DNA of 63,859 nucleotides, the filler included, from Octopus bimaculoides (lineage: Eukaryota), in NCBI RefSeq assembly GCF_001194135.2. It is 5 parts of 4 records of this genome, joined end to end, with 100 filler letters (N's around TTAATTAATTAA, not from the genome) between each part and the next. Parts side by side here need not be neighbours in the genome. Positions count along the whole stretch, not along the records: positions 1 to 26,238 come from NC_068981.1; positions 26,339 to 39,873 come from NC_068985.1; 3 more parts are not named here. One strand, 5' to 3'. The notes under the pieces are model-generated. The model was not told the DNA's origin, did no database searches, and saw only the letters and a program-made list of their open reading frames with translations. How positions within the stretch are numbered: the stretch's first letter is position 1; each line of letters opens with the position of its first letter. Shown piece after piece: positions 13,859 through 26,744 of this stretch. Made by a program: the position numbers and the translations under genes.

Positions 13859-13974
13859 TACATACACTTGGGCTGATGTGCATGTATGTACGTATGTGTG
13901 TATGTACGTGTCTATCCATCTCTCTACCACTCTCTCTCTCTCCCTCTCTCTCTCCCTCTGTCTCATTATATATA

Positions 13975-15224
13975 CAGGGTGTGGTAGAGATAACGGACGT
14001 TTTTGAAATAGCTATTATTTTTTTCAGGTGAAGCCATGGCGCTGTGGACGATAGAGCATCGCGTGTTTGCCTATGACAGTTACGTGAATAATATCGAGTC
14101 TGTCACAGCAGTTCAGCGTGAGTTTCACCCGTAACACAATCTTAACACAGCATGAGTTTCACCCGTAGCACAATTGGGTAAATGCACTTCGTACACGAGG
14201 TACACTAATGAACAGGAGAATGGTGGGGGCGCCACGAACTGCACGGATTCAGGAAAATGTGGAACGAGTGAGGCAAGTTTGATACATAGTCCGAATCGTT
14301 CTGTTCGGAGGCATTCCACTGAACTTTGCATCGGTAATCGATCGGTAAGGCGTATTTTGCATGAAGACCTGCATTTTCACCCGTACAGATTGGTCACTGG
14401 GCAACAGTTAAAATCATGGGACTATTCACAGCGGCTTAATTTCGCACAGCAGATGGAAACAATTTTTTGAGGTAAATGACAACCTCATTTTGTTAATGAG
14501 TGATGAAGCTCATCTTCATCTCAATGGTATGGTGAATCAACAGAACTGTCGTTATTGGGCCCTTGAAATTCTGAGAGAACTGCACGAAAGAGCACTGCAC
14601 AACCCCAAAAAGTGAGGGTCCGGTGTGCTGTTGGAAAAGCTGCCGTTAGTGGCCCTTACTCTTTTGAAGACAATAATGGAAATGCTGGTATCATCCGAGT
14701 GTTACGCCGAGATGATAAACAATTTCTTTACGTATGAATTACGACAAAAACATATGTCTATTCGACGTCTATAGTTTCAGCAGGATGGGGCGACAGCCTA
14801 CACAGCTAGGGCATCAATAGACGACCTCTCTTCGGTGACCACTTCATTTCCAGGTTTACTGACATTCCTTGGCTTCCTCAGTCCCCTGATTTGTCCATGT
14901 GTGATTATTTCTTGTGGAGAATCCTCAGAGTACGTGTGTATGCGCTCAAGCTCCGTACATTGAACGATTTAAAGGAAGCTACTCGCGTGAAAGTCGCGGA
15001 AATCGACAGAGCAATGCCGGAGAGAGTGGAGGCCAACTTCCAACAACGCCTTCAGAAATGCATCAATGAAAACGGACACCACATGATGGATGTTGTTTTC
15101 CACACTTAACTTTGACAAATGCTAATTCAATGCAAACACATTGATGTCAATAAAATTTGTTTGCAGCTAAAATTAATGATTTTGTGAATTTTTCAAGAAG
15201 TTCCGACCTCTTTGCCCCACCATA
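13975..15224 (+). mobile_element. Tc1/mariner transposon, DD41D (rosa-like) type, defective, near full length
   Basis: TA|CAGGGTGTGGTAGAG left TIR and a degenerate right TIR (tttcaagaagttccgacctctttgccccaccat|ata). Transposase motifs MALWTIEHRVF, LHFHPYRL, MSDEAHLHLNG.VNQQNCRYW, FQQDGATAYTA and WLPQSPDLSMCDYFLW, with stops and frameshifts. Exact D-D spacing cannot be counted because of a small deletion. Confidence 0.9.
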
Positions 15225-15264
15225 TAATTATATAAATAAATTTATATATGTGTGTGTGAGATTG

Positions 15265-15307
<43 letters not shown>

Positions 15308-16538
15308 TCATACACATTCAAACACACGTACTCACACACAAACATCATTAGTCTATGTTTAGTTCGACTTCCGCCGATTATTCAGTTTTAAATCTCTTTT
15401 ATAGGTCTTTTCTTCACCTCATATTACTACTAAATAGAATACATGAATATGCATACCTACATACAGACAGGCATCATACTTCCATGACTACATACCTAAA
15501 CATGTGTGCGTGTCTATTTACCATTGTGTTAGCGTGTGCTGTTATATGTGTCTGTAAAGAATACGTATATTGCTCTATGTACGCAAACACCCGTTGTCAG
15601 CTTGTCAAATATCAAAACGTTTAAGGTTACTATATTGAAGTCAAAGAATGGTAAATATACAGACATGAAAGCCTCGCTTCTCCATAACATGCTAAACCAT
15701 CGTAGCGAGTTGGTATGGTTGGATGAAATTAGTGTGGTTGATATTTCGCCCGAATTGTTGGAAGTTAATAATACCGACAACTTTGTGAACAGGATAGGCG
15801 TTCCCAAGAGACAAAATTTGGGAGGCGGAATAATTTTGCAAACATTTTAGAGAGAATTTGCGTGTTAAAAAATATAAAAATAAGCGTTGGCAGGATATGA
15901 GACAGCAGGTGACTAGCAATGAGGCTTGCATGAACTTAAAACGTATGAATTGCAAGGGATGTTTTAATTTTGTTGTTAGCATTTTGAGGAAAACCAATGC
16001 CTAGAGACAATTCAGTTCATCCTCGTTTGAGATATCCGTTAAAACTGGGCGAAGTTAGTGTATTTATTAAAATTATTGCAGGTTAATATATGGAGAAAAC
16101 ATATTTGTTAGAGAATCTTTCCGGAGGCGTTACAGAACTACAAAAACCAAAAAAAAAAAAAAGAGAAGGGATGGGTGAAAATGATATATTTAGGTTACTT
16201 GAGAGAACGATAGGAAAACATCGGAAGATTTTTAGTGTGTAATTCGGCATAATAAACTATTTCCTCCTATCAAAGCTACGAGGCTGCTATATATAGGGAG
16301 CATCTGTAGAACCAGCAACCAAAAATACTTTTTGTGAAAAGAAGAATACATTGACCACATAATAATAGATACACTATAGCTAAAACATAGCTGGGTGTTT
16401 ATAACTGAAATGCTATTAATCTAAGATTTGCTGACGGATGATGATAACCCAAGACAAATAACGACAAAACGCCTAGCGACAATTGTACACTGCTTTATCC
16501 AAGTTCCTCGCAAACATTAAATGACACAATACTTTAAT

Positions 16539-16955
16539 AATAGCAGTAGTATGATTCCCTTATTGGGACTGTCACATTAAGTTGACAGTATACAACTACT
16601 TTATCGTATCACTACTGCTTAAGTCTCTCTGTGAGATTTAGAAATGGATCATTTCTAATTTTTGTAATCAGTGAATGTATTTCACTAGAATTATTATATG
16701 TTTACGAGAGCTAGACAGGCATCTTCAGCCAGCTAGTCATGCTACTTCAGGCTGATGACGAGCAAAAACTAAGAAACATGTCCCTGGATGCAGGCTTGGC
16801 TGGGTGGAGGTGCTTGTCCTCCTCTTGTAAACATAAGGACATAGGAAATGTGTCAAGGCCGACAGGAAGCGGTTCAGCTTCCTAGGGCTAAATAGCAGTA
16901 GTATGATTCCCTTATTGGGACTGTCACGTTAAGTTCACAGTATACAACTACTTTA
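16539..16955 (+). repeat. 65-bp direct repeat pair (16539-16603 and 16891-16955), 352-bp period
   Basis: aatagcagtagtatgattcccttattgggactgtcac[a/g]ttaagtt[g/c]acagtatacaactacttta; two mismatches. Confidence 0.97.
16746..16788 (+). ncRNA. Type-I minimal hammerhead ribozyme motif (PLE type), stem II degenerate
   Basis: Stem I TTCAGG (16746-51) pairs with CCTGGA (16783-88). Core CTGATGA (16752-58) and GAAA (16773-76). Palindromic ACATGT stem III. GTC cleavage triplet ends at 16782. Stem II pairs only AG/CT. Confidence 0.7.
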
Positions 16956-17246
16956 AACTAAGTTTATGTTCCTGTTTTATTTTTTCTCTAGTTGGGGCTG
17001 GAAATCTAAAAGTGTTTAAGTAAAAGATTACTTTCCCGAGTGTGCTGCATATATTTAGACAATTTCGAATAAATAAAATGAACATATATACTGTCAACCC
17101 TTAGGGTTGACAGAATATATCAAACAGGATACATAAAACGAATGCACAAACAATTTTATTTGCAATAATTTGAGAACGTAAAGTAATAATGTACAGTTTA
17201 GAAAGTAGCGCAGACTTAGTGTGCTTAAATCAGCTGTATCAAGCGG

Positions 17247-17283
<37 letters not shown>

Positions 17284-17576
17284 NNNNNNNNNNNNNNNNN
17301 NNNNNNNNNNNNNNNNNNNNNNNNNNNNNNNNNNNNNNNNNNNNNNNNNNNNNNNNNNNNNNNNNNNNNNNNNNNNNNNNNNNNNNNNNNNNNNNNNNNN
17401 NNNNNNNNNNNNNNNNNNNNNNNNNNNNNNNNNNNNNNNNNNNNNNNNNNNNNNNNNNNNNNNNNNNNNNNNNNNNNNNNNNNNNNNNNNNNNNNNNNNN
17501 NNNNNNNNNNNNNNNNNNNNNNNNNNNNNNNNNNNNNNNNNNNNNNNNNNNNNNNNNNNNNNNNNNNNNNNNNNNN

Positions 17577-17657
<81 letters not shown>

Positions 17658-18850
17658 TATATACATACTCATATATACATATATATTTATGCATATGTAT
17701 ATATACATATGTATTATTTACGTTTTATTCTATTAACAATTAGGTTTGCTATTAATGTTATTGGTTACTATGATAGACATAATACTATACTTTTGACTCA
17801 TTTAATTCATTTTACCCCATGAGAACAAAAGCCAAAATTCACATTAGTGAACTCATAAAATAAATGACGTTACCAAATTGTGCAAATGTTTCATCTGACG
17901 ATTCTGAAGATCAACCACCCTAATACATTTGTAGTTATCTATGATTAACACGAATACACTCACATACAAAGATACATACACAGAAGCAAACACGCAACAC
18001 ACTTCCTTCAGCAGCCCTGCTACTGAAGTATCTTCATAAAGTCTAAAGGTAACCAATAGTGGCATACCAAATATGAGACTTATAATAATGCAGAAGCCAG
18101 TAAAATTTATGGTTGACTTATGCACACGAAGGATTAAAAAGTCATGCCCATGTAGCGTAATTTTGAAACATTGAGATAGTGATATACGAGTCCAAATTTT
18201 ATTCCACCAACCCAAGCGAAAAAGACTTCAGCTAGATACACAAACATGCTACTTTCTTCGGAAATACGGTGAAAAGTACAGCAACAGGACCGAATCCGAA
18301 CTGCAAAATTACCCGTTCACGATCATGAGCAAGCTACATCCTAGTTTCAGGTGAAAAACCTAAATTTCGACCACTCAGCTTGAAGCCATACCGTGATCAT
18401 AATCTCGAATGCTCTTGAAATTCGAGCACTTTTCTTGTGAGATAAGCAGTGCCCGTGAATTTCTAAGAGCAGAGGTTCGAGACCGCCACAGCGAACGCAC
18501 ATCTCACGTCACACCATAAATATATTAGGAAAGGTTTCTGATGGCATTTTAAGCAGGACATATCTTAACTCCAACCAAGCAAATCAAAGAAAAAAACTTT
18601 TAGAATTTCGGCATTCTCTCATCTTTCAAATGGCCGAGTAAATACACTTAAGTCGCTCTCTAAAATATTACCTATTGAGGTGAGAATTTAGCTTTCCCTT
18701 AATAAGATATGTTTTTAAATGTTCGCAGCTTTGCTTTGTTATAATATAGGCAGCCAACCTGATCTCCCACCATTTTTAATACAGCAGCGACATCAACTCC
18801 GACGATGATACAAAGCACAACTCTAAGACACAATAAGTACACTCGTTGTT

Positions 18851-19216
18851 GTTGGCACTCCGTCGCTTACGACGTCGAGGGTTCAAGTTGATCCGATCAA
18901 CGGAACAGCTTGCTCGTGAAATTAACATGCAAGTGGCTGAGCACTCCATAGACACGTGTACCCCTAACGTAGTTCTCGGGGACATTCAGCGTGACAAGGC
19001 TGACCCTTTGAATTACAGGCACAACAGAAAGAGGAAGTAAGAGAAAGTTGTGGTGAAAGAGTACAGCAGGGTTCGCCACCATCCCCTGCCGGAGCCTCGT
19101 GGAGCTTTTAGGTGTTTTCGCTCAATAAACACTCACAACGCCCGGTCTGGGAATCGAAACTGCGATCCTATGACCGAGATTCCGCTGCCCTAATCACTGG
19201 GCCATTGCACCTCTAC
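18851..19216 (-). mobile_element. tRNA-derived SINE, family C
   Basis: Minus-strand head with TGGCCCAGTG A box and GTTTCGATTCC B box; highly similar to 48517-48893. Confidence 0.92.
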
Positions 19217-19765
19217 ATGTACGCTCGTAATATTTTAGCAAAACATCCTTGTTTCACAAGTAGATACAAAAATTCTAGCAACCTACATTATCATTAGACT
19301 TAATTATATGAAGAAGATTAAACTAAATCTATCTGGATGGCTTACGCTATTTGCTGCGGTGGTGGATCAAATAAACTTCAGAGAAACAGTCCAAATTATA
19401 CATTCATCTCAAACACTGTAAGGAAAAGTCTGTTTCATTTCTATACACTGATAACATTCAAGAAAATGACAGTAGTCTCATACAACTACATATGCCTGAA
19501 CCAAGGGTAAAATTCAAATAAACTAACCATAAATTGTACTCCTTACATAATATTATCATCGTATGACAAGAACTGGCCACTGACGAGAATGGTATGGACA
19601 TGGAATTTGGAAATGACATTTCTATGAATGATCCTTTGGTTGCATCGTATTCCGTGGCATAATTTAGTTACCCATGTGATGAACCTTCGAGTAGCAGTAA
19701 TTACCATGAAACTTTAGCTTCTATGGAGATCTTTATATTTATTTAATGTTACAACTACAATATAG

Positions 19766-19810
<45 letters not shown>

Positions 19811-20143
19811 TGTGTATTTTCCTACATGCACACGCGCACAGGCACACACACATACACACGCATACACATATGCATACACACACACATATGCATACACACA
19901 CACATATATTTAAGTTTATTTTTATGTATCGATGCAATTGAAGTCGGAGAATAAGTAAATGTGTATATAAGGACATTTCAAGAGTTATTGCTTTCTCATC
20001 AGCGCGATATCCAGCCCATCAACTTTCAACGAACACATTGTTTGAAAACTGACTTTTTCAGCGGTGTAACACTATGTAACACTATGGGATAGACCAATTT
20101 GCATATTAAACACATTCGTGGAAATTGATATCTGTGTGAGTCT

Positions 20144-20194
<51 letters not shown>

Positions 20195-20395
20195 CACATG
20201 CACACACACACACGCACACATGTTTGCTTATGTAAATTAAAATTATAAGTACATAACCAAACTTCCCGCTAAGATGCTATCTTTAAAATAGCATGTTAGC
20301 GCCAGCACATACATCCATACATATATACAAAAGCACACACGTGTGCCTACATGTGTGCACATAAGCATATGTATGTATATATATATACGCGCGTA

Positions 20396-20437
<42 letters not shown>

Positions 20438-21927
20438 TATGTTTGTATGTATGTAAGTGTTTGTAAGTATGCATAAACAAAGGGTTGGGGAAAAATACAA
20501 ATGGAGTGAGGGAGAGGAAATTTGCTACAAATACATATGTATATGGACTGTAAAGATGTAACTATGTTCACCACCCACTCTTCTAAAAGCAAATTGCTTC
20601 CACGAACCCAAGCGCATCTTCAGCAATTTTATGTTCAATCAAAATGTGGCCCCAGTTCAAATACATAATATTTGTCTTGACAAAATAGTGGTTTGATTTT
20701 TTAAAACATCATCAACGCACCGGATGACTTACACAAACCGTACTATAAGTGTCCGACTACACCTGTTTGCCTGGATTTTCCTTTTTTTTAAGCAATGAAT
20801 ACGGCTAGAAAAATATTGCAATGAAAACAAACGCTAAAAAATAATGGTGAACTCTATGAGCTTGCTACAATCTTAAGTCAACATATGTTATTTTCCTCTC
20901 AACTGATTACAAGAGAAAAATGTCCCCCGCTGTATTGAGTGAATTATAGAAATTTTTTTCGATGCGATGTTATAGTCATAAATTTGACGTTGTGAATTCT
21001 TTTCGGCGTAGATTTTTGCTTGCAATATTTTCAGTACAATCTTATTGAGCACTGGTGTGTTTCGGGAAAAGAGAAAACTTGGGTTTATTACGAGAGAGAT
21101 ATAAATATATGACTGACCTATTTTTGTATATTTTTCTTAACCTGCAGCGCTAAAATTACAATTAAGTGGCGATACAAAAACTTAAACGAGTTAAAAGCTA
21201 ACTGTACTAACATGCAAGCTTCCAAAAGAAAAAAAAAATTAACAGATGTTCATTAAATTTCACCGGTCTAGTGACATTTTTGAAAAGCAAAACAAACTAT
21301 CTCCTAAAATGCTGATGAACCATTGTAAAATGATTAGATATGAGTACTTTTCGCTATGAAATTGATGTGGAAATATAATTTTCCTGCAATGATTTTTATC
21401 TTAATTATGAAACACAGATTTAAAAGAGAATGATTTTAATTAATTAAACATTTTAAAATCGTGTATGATCTTTCCCTGATAGCAGCTACGAACTGCTGAT
21501 ATTTTTAAGCAGCATTGAAAAAAAGATATATAGCAACAAAGAACTGCGTGGCATAATGTTAGTTTTGATCAAAAGAATATTGAAAATTATATTAAATCAT
21601 TAATTTAAGTACTTTTGATGAGAATATAGGGAAAATGGCATTATGTATCATGGCAGTATGCATGTGTGTTTGTCTATATCTGCATGTGTGTGTATTTATA
21701 CAGGAACNNNNNNNNNNNNNNNNNNNNNNNNNNNNNNNNNNNNNNNNNNNNNNNNNNNNNNNNNNNNNNNNNNNNNNNNNNNNNNNNNNNNNNNNNNNNN
21801 NNNNNNNNNNNNNNNNNNNNNNNNNNNNNNNNNNNNNNNNNNNNNNNNNNNNNNNNNNNNNNNNNNNNNNNNNNNNNNNNNNNNNNNNNNNNNNNNNNNN
21901 NNNNNNNNNNNNNNNNNNNNNNNNNNN

Positions 21928-21973
<46 letters not shown>

Positions 21974-21974
21974 C

Positions 21975-24900
21975 AGATGAGGAGTTTGTGCAGGTCCTTG
22001 ATGCCAAGCGCGAGAAGCTAAGCCTACCATCGGCTAATGCTAAAGATCAATGGAGGAGCTAGACAACTTGTCACAAAACTTGACGCGTTGATAAGGAAAG
22101 TGCTCTTGGACACAAACTAGCCACATATGGAGATGTAGTGTTCATAACCAATCTGCAGGGACATCCTTGAGGTAAAAAAAATCCCAAAAAGAAGAAGCCA
22201 CCTGAGAAATCCAGACGACAGCGCATGATGGAGGACACTAGGATTCAGAAGAATAAACTACGGAAACAACTAAATATTGCCTCTGATACTGAGCGGCAAG
22301 GCTTTCATGAACTCTGGCAGGACTTGGAAACCAAACATAGTGCCCTTAGTAAAGCGGAAAATGTGAGGAAAAAGAAGAGTAAGCAGAAAAAGATGCATGA
22401 CTGCTTCTTCAAAGGCTCCTTCCAATTCGCTAGGGCGCTGTTTGAGCAGCCAAAGTCTGGAACACTGACTGTTGATAAAGACGTGCTTGAACAGCACCTC
22501 AAAGAAATATATGCACAGCCCCAGAAAAACATACCCTGCTTAACATCCCTGGCCAAGTTGAACCAACAACAGTATTCAACGACAAGTCACCCACATTGAA
22601 GGAGATGAGGAAGGTGGTTGAGAAATCCAGAGCCAAGTCTGCGCCAGGGCCAAACGTACCTTCTGTACAAGAAATGCCCTAAAGTCCTGGCATGGCTCCA
22701 CAGAATTTTATGGTCAACCTAGAGGAACGAGCAGGGCAGTGCCCAATGGCTGATGGCTGACGGTGTCTACATTCCCAAAGAACAGAACTCATCCACCGTT
22801 AACCAGTTCAGACCCATCTCATTCCTGAACGTCGAAAGGAAGATATTGTTCTCTGTCATGGCTGCCAGACTGACCAGTAATCTGCTGGAAAACAACTATC
22901 TGGATGTGTCTGTCCAGAAGGGAGGCATACCAGGAATACCCGGTTGCCTATAACACGCCACGATGATTTGGGATGCAATCCAGAAAGTCAAGGCAGGAGA
23001 GAAAGACCTTGACGTCATATAGTTTGACCTTACCAACACATACGGATCTGTGCCACACGAAATGATCCAGATGTCTCTCCAAGCGTACCACGTGCCGCCC
23101 AAAATCCGAGAAATGTTGAAAAGCTACTTCAATGGATTCTCAATGCGGTTCTCAACAAAGGAGTACACAACCAGCTGGATGTGCCATCTCCCCCACCCTG
23201 TTCGTGCTGGCAATAGAAGTCCTATTGAGGGCAGCTTCTGGCGGTGCGAAATTGGCAGACCTCGGCAATGTCTACCAGACACATCCCCTGAAACCTTCAT
23301 GGATGACACCACCATCATCTCAACAAACGAGAATTACACCCGCGAAATCCTGGTGAGACTAGACGAGGTGGTCGCTGCGGCCAGGATGCTGTTCAAACCA
23401 AAGAAGTCCAGAAGCCTATCTTTGCGCAAGGGAAAAGAGGATGCGTCTGACCTTCAGCATTGCGAACTAAGTCATCCCAACAGTTTCCGAGGAACCAGTC
23501 AAAAAGCCTGGGAATATGGTATGACGTCTCCCTGAAAGACACACACCGAGGAAAAGAGACCATTAAAATGACTGGAGAAGTCCTCTAGACCATTGGCTCG
23601 TACGGCCTTCCTGGCAAATACAAGGTCTGGTGCCTGCAGTTCATGCCCATCCCCAAACGCCTCTGGACACTGTTGATATACGACATTTGCTCGAGCACAG
23701 TGGAAACCATGGAAGCAAAAATCAATAAGTATACAAGGAAATGGTTTGGCACCCCACCCAGTCTCACAGACGTTGCACTCTACTGCCACCAGACAAAGCT
23801 GATACTTCCTTTGAAATCAATTCTGGAAGAGTATAAGGCAGGGTAAGCCAAACTCCTCAGCATGCTTGAACTCTCAAGAGACCTGTTTGTGAGAGCTGTC
23901 CAACCCAAGCTGAAAACAGGCAGGAAGTGAAAGGTAGAGGAAGCTGTAGAGGTAGCTAAGGAGAGCCTCAGGATGAGAGAGACCATTGGGCACACTCAGA
24001 CCAACACACAAGGTGTAGTATCCTCTAAAATGGAATGGTGGTCTAAGACCAAAGGAAAAGCAAAGAGAGACTTGGTGATCCAAGAGATCAGGGAAGAAGA
24101 ACACAAAGGAAGGCTCCAGAAGGCAGTGCAATAAGTCAGCAGGGACAATGGACCACGTGGGAAAGTGCTCTCCAAAGAAGCCTGAGCTGGAACGACATGT
24201 GGCACTTGGCTCCACTCAGGATCAGCTTCATTCTCAGATCAGTGTATGACCTCCTACCCTCAAATGCACACCTGGTAAAATGGGGAAAATCTGACGACCC
24301 CCTCCTGTCCACTCTGCAACGGAAGACAGACAATGGAGCACGTTGTCAGCTCTTGCAAAGCAGTTCACACTCAAGGGAGATACACTTGGAGGCACAACCA
24401 AGTACTGAAAGAGCTTGCAGAAGTAATCGAATTCAATACAACCAAGAACAAAGGACGACGCACAGAACCCAAGACATGGTTTCATGCTGCAGGAGGCAAG
24501 AAAACTTGGTCAACTAAAAACATCTCACGCAGATCCTGCAGACTGGGCCTGCTGAGTGAAGCAGATGTTTGGGAGTGCGCTGCAGATCTCCCAGAGTGGA
24601 ACGATTTCCCACAGGTTATCAAGAACACCGGCTTGAGATCCGACATAGTGCTCCACTCTCAGAATGCCAAAGAGATCCTCCTGATCGAACTCCCTGTGCC
24701 TTACGAAACCAGGAGTGAAGACTTGGCCAGCGACCTGACAGACGCTGGATTCAAAACCAAAGTCTCCGCAGTTGAGGTTCGCGCCAGGGGATTTGTAGGC
24801 TCATTTGCCTACAGTCTTATGAAACATCTGTCCATCTCTGGAAAAAGCAGGACTAGAAACTTGAGGGCCATGGGAGGAGCGGCAGAGAAAGCCTCAAGTT

Positions 24901-25135
24901 GGATCTGGTCTAGGAGGGACAACGGCAGACTTCATAAGGCTTAATTTGCCCCAATTCAAGCGAGTGCCAGATTGGCGTAGTCATGTAGGGACCGTAAGAA
25001 AAAAGAACTCTCACACCTGGGTCGTCCGGGCGCTCGCCAGTGTACTCAGCTGGAAACGGGTACTTAGCCCTTCTCAGAGCCTCAGCACACGTCACAGCAG
25101 TGCTAGAAACCAGAGAAAACAATCCCACCGAAAGC
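21975..25135 (+). mobile_element. HERO-type non-LTR retrotransposon (RT, Cys/His knuckle, restriction-like endonuclease), 5'-truncated and defective
   Basis: KSAPGPN, YIPKEQNS...FRPISFLNVE, QKGGIPGIPGCL, DLTNTYGSVPH, FMDD (23296-23307), MEHVVSSC...GRYTWRHNQVL, RSDIVL...LIELPVPYE. Many stops and frameshifts. The ORF ends at 24944, followed by about 190 bp of 3' UTR. Confidence 0.88.
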
Positions 25136-25277
25136 GTACTAAAACGGACAGCATGCACACACACACACACACACGCTTGCAGACACACGCACGCGAGCAC
25201 ACATGCACACGAATGCACATACACACATGAGCGCACACGCACACTCACTCACATACACACACATACATACACATAAA

Positions 25278-25402
25278 CACGGCTGTGGATAAGAAACTTC
25301 CTTCCCTGCGTGGCACATTAAGCAGGCGTGTTCTACTATAGCCTCGGACCGACCAAAGCGTTGGGAGCGGATTTGCTTGATGGAAACTAAAAGAAGCTGT
25401 CC
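25278..25402 (+). mobile_element. SINE family B, 5' half with internal deletion
   Basis: CTGCGTGGCAC...TTCTACTATAGCCTCGGACCGACCAAAGC...GGAAACTAAAAGAAGC matches 42584 and 60694. Confidence 0.85.
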
Positions 25403-25581
25403 AATTAATACATACATATATAGATATATATGTGTGTGCGTGTGTGTGTGCGTGTGTGTGTGCGTGTGTGTGTGCGTGTATTAATTTATCCGCATTTTCT
25501 TAACCAGAATGCTTCGTGCACGTGGAGGAGGATACGAAATAGATGTAAATAAATAAATAAATATGTGTATATATTTATTTA

Positions 25582-25670
<89 letters not shown>

Positions 25671-26176
25671 ATGTATGTATGTATTGACTACTCGTTACAG
25701 GTATTTTTGCTAGACATCGAGTGGAAACTTGTCTCATAATTTAGAATCACTACAACACCGCTATTGATGGACACGTGGTATCTATCACTGACACTTCTTC
25801 CGTTACCTTTTAACTCCACAAATTTGAAAGCACAGAAACACATGCATGCGCAAACAAAACATTATAGTCCGGGTATTAAGAAGAACCATTAACGCTGTCA
25901 CTGCGGTTGTGTTTTATATATTATCAACTTTTCCCATCTGACAGCTTTATTATCTCTGGTGGTGAAAAGGACCGGCCTTTGCGGTGAACACTTTGTGCGC
26001 GTAGGTGTTTTCGTGTGTTCAGTGTACAAAACAATCTCATAAACATTGTTACTTAGATATAAAAATGTTTTAGAATCAGGTAACCAGGACAATAGAAGAA
26101 TAAAAATACAAAGCAGTATAAAGACGAAACATTATATGTGCGTGTGTAAGTATATGTATGTGCGCGCGCGCGCGTG

Positions 26177-26238
<62 letters not shown>

Positions 26239-26338
26239 NNNNNNNNNNNNNNNNNNNNNNNNNNNNNNNNNNNNNNNNNNNNTTAATTAATTAANNNNNN
26301 NNNNNNNNNNNNNNNNNNNNNNNNNNNNNNNNNNNNNN
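26239..26338. other. Synthetic scaffold linker N44-TTAATTAATTAA-N44 (all-frame stops); linker 12-mers also at 39918-39929, 58144-58155 and 61509-61520
   Basis: The identical 12-mer is centred in 100-nt N spacers at four positions. Confidence 0.95.
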
Positions 26339-26744
26339 AAATTAAACAAGCAAGCGTTTCCCGCTCAATTCATTCTCTTTCTCGCTGGCCAGCGATTGAG
26401 CAAGGACGTGTGTTTAAAGCTGTCTCTACATCTTTCGGTCTTATACTCGACAGCTCGTTATTCTCACCTCTAAAGATGTATAACTAAAGATATGTATGTT
26501 TTACCAAGTAAATAAATGTTGTTTAAGTTGTTTAGTCTGGAGTTCAGCGTTCCGTCAATTTCTTTAATATTATAGTAGAAAGTCAGGTATACAATCTAAA
26601 GATGTATAACCCACTTTCAACTAAAAGAGATTTCAAATCCATTTGCTACTATCTTGGGCTCTTCGTTCATTTTCTTCATTACGCTTGTGTATTCACGCAT
26701 GAGTTCATTACCTTCGTAAGTAGATGGGACAACAGTAACATTTG

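Larger units (their letters stand above)
15530..16955 (+). mobile_element. Penelope-like element 3' half: linker, Cys finger, GIY-YIG endonuclease remnant, pseudo-LTR with hammerhead
   Basis: ORF 15536-15850 ends IGVPKRQNL...IL (cf. KRQPxNL..IL). CMNLKRMNCKGC at 15927. KLVYLLK plus CRLIYGEN at about 16052-16100 (cf. VY.I.C..C...YIGET). Downstream are 65-bp direct repeats and a hammerhead motif. Confidence 0.65.

Noticed and set aside
1990-16000. Apparent ionotropic glutamate receptor (IR/iGluR) pseudogene array: LKVVTL..P/GYC at 2376, RIVLLVQPPYV/LTKMLTERLVF at 6370, NGKY at 15645
   Set aside because: The same segments give longer ordered series of Penelope RT or linker motifs, and S1-like matches appeared on both strands at 15.5-15.9 kb, showing a high false-positive rate by eye. 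A Lig_chan/Lig_chan-Glu_bd HMM hit on the stop-tolerant translation would reopen this.
16700-16735. Second, minus-strand hammerhead-like core (CTGAAGA...GTAAAC) next to the main motif
   Set aside because: No GAAA, and no convincing stem I or stem II.
26283-26294. TTAATTAATTAA as a conserved biological motif
   Set aside because: It is always centred in 100-nt N spacers; an assembly linker.
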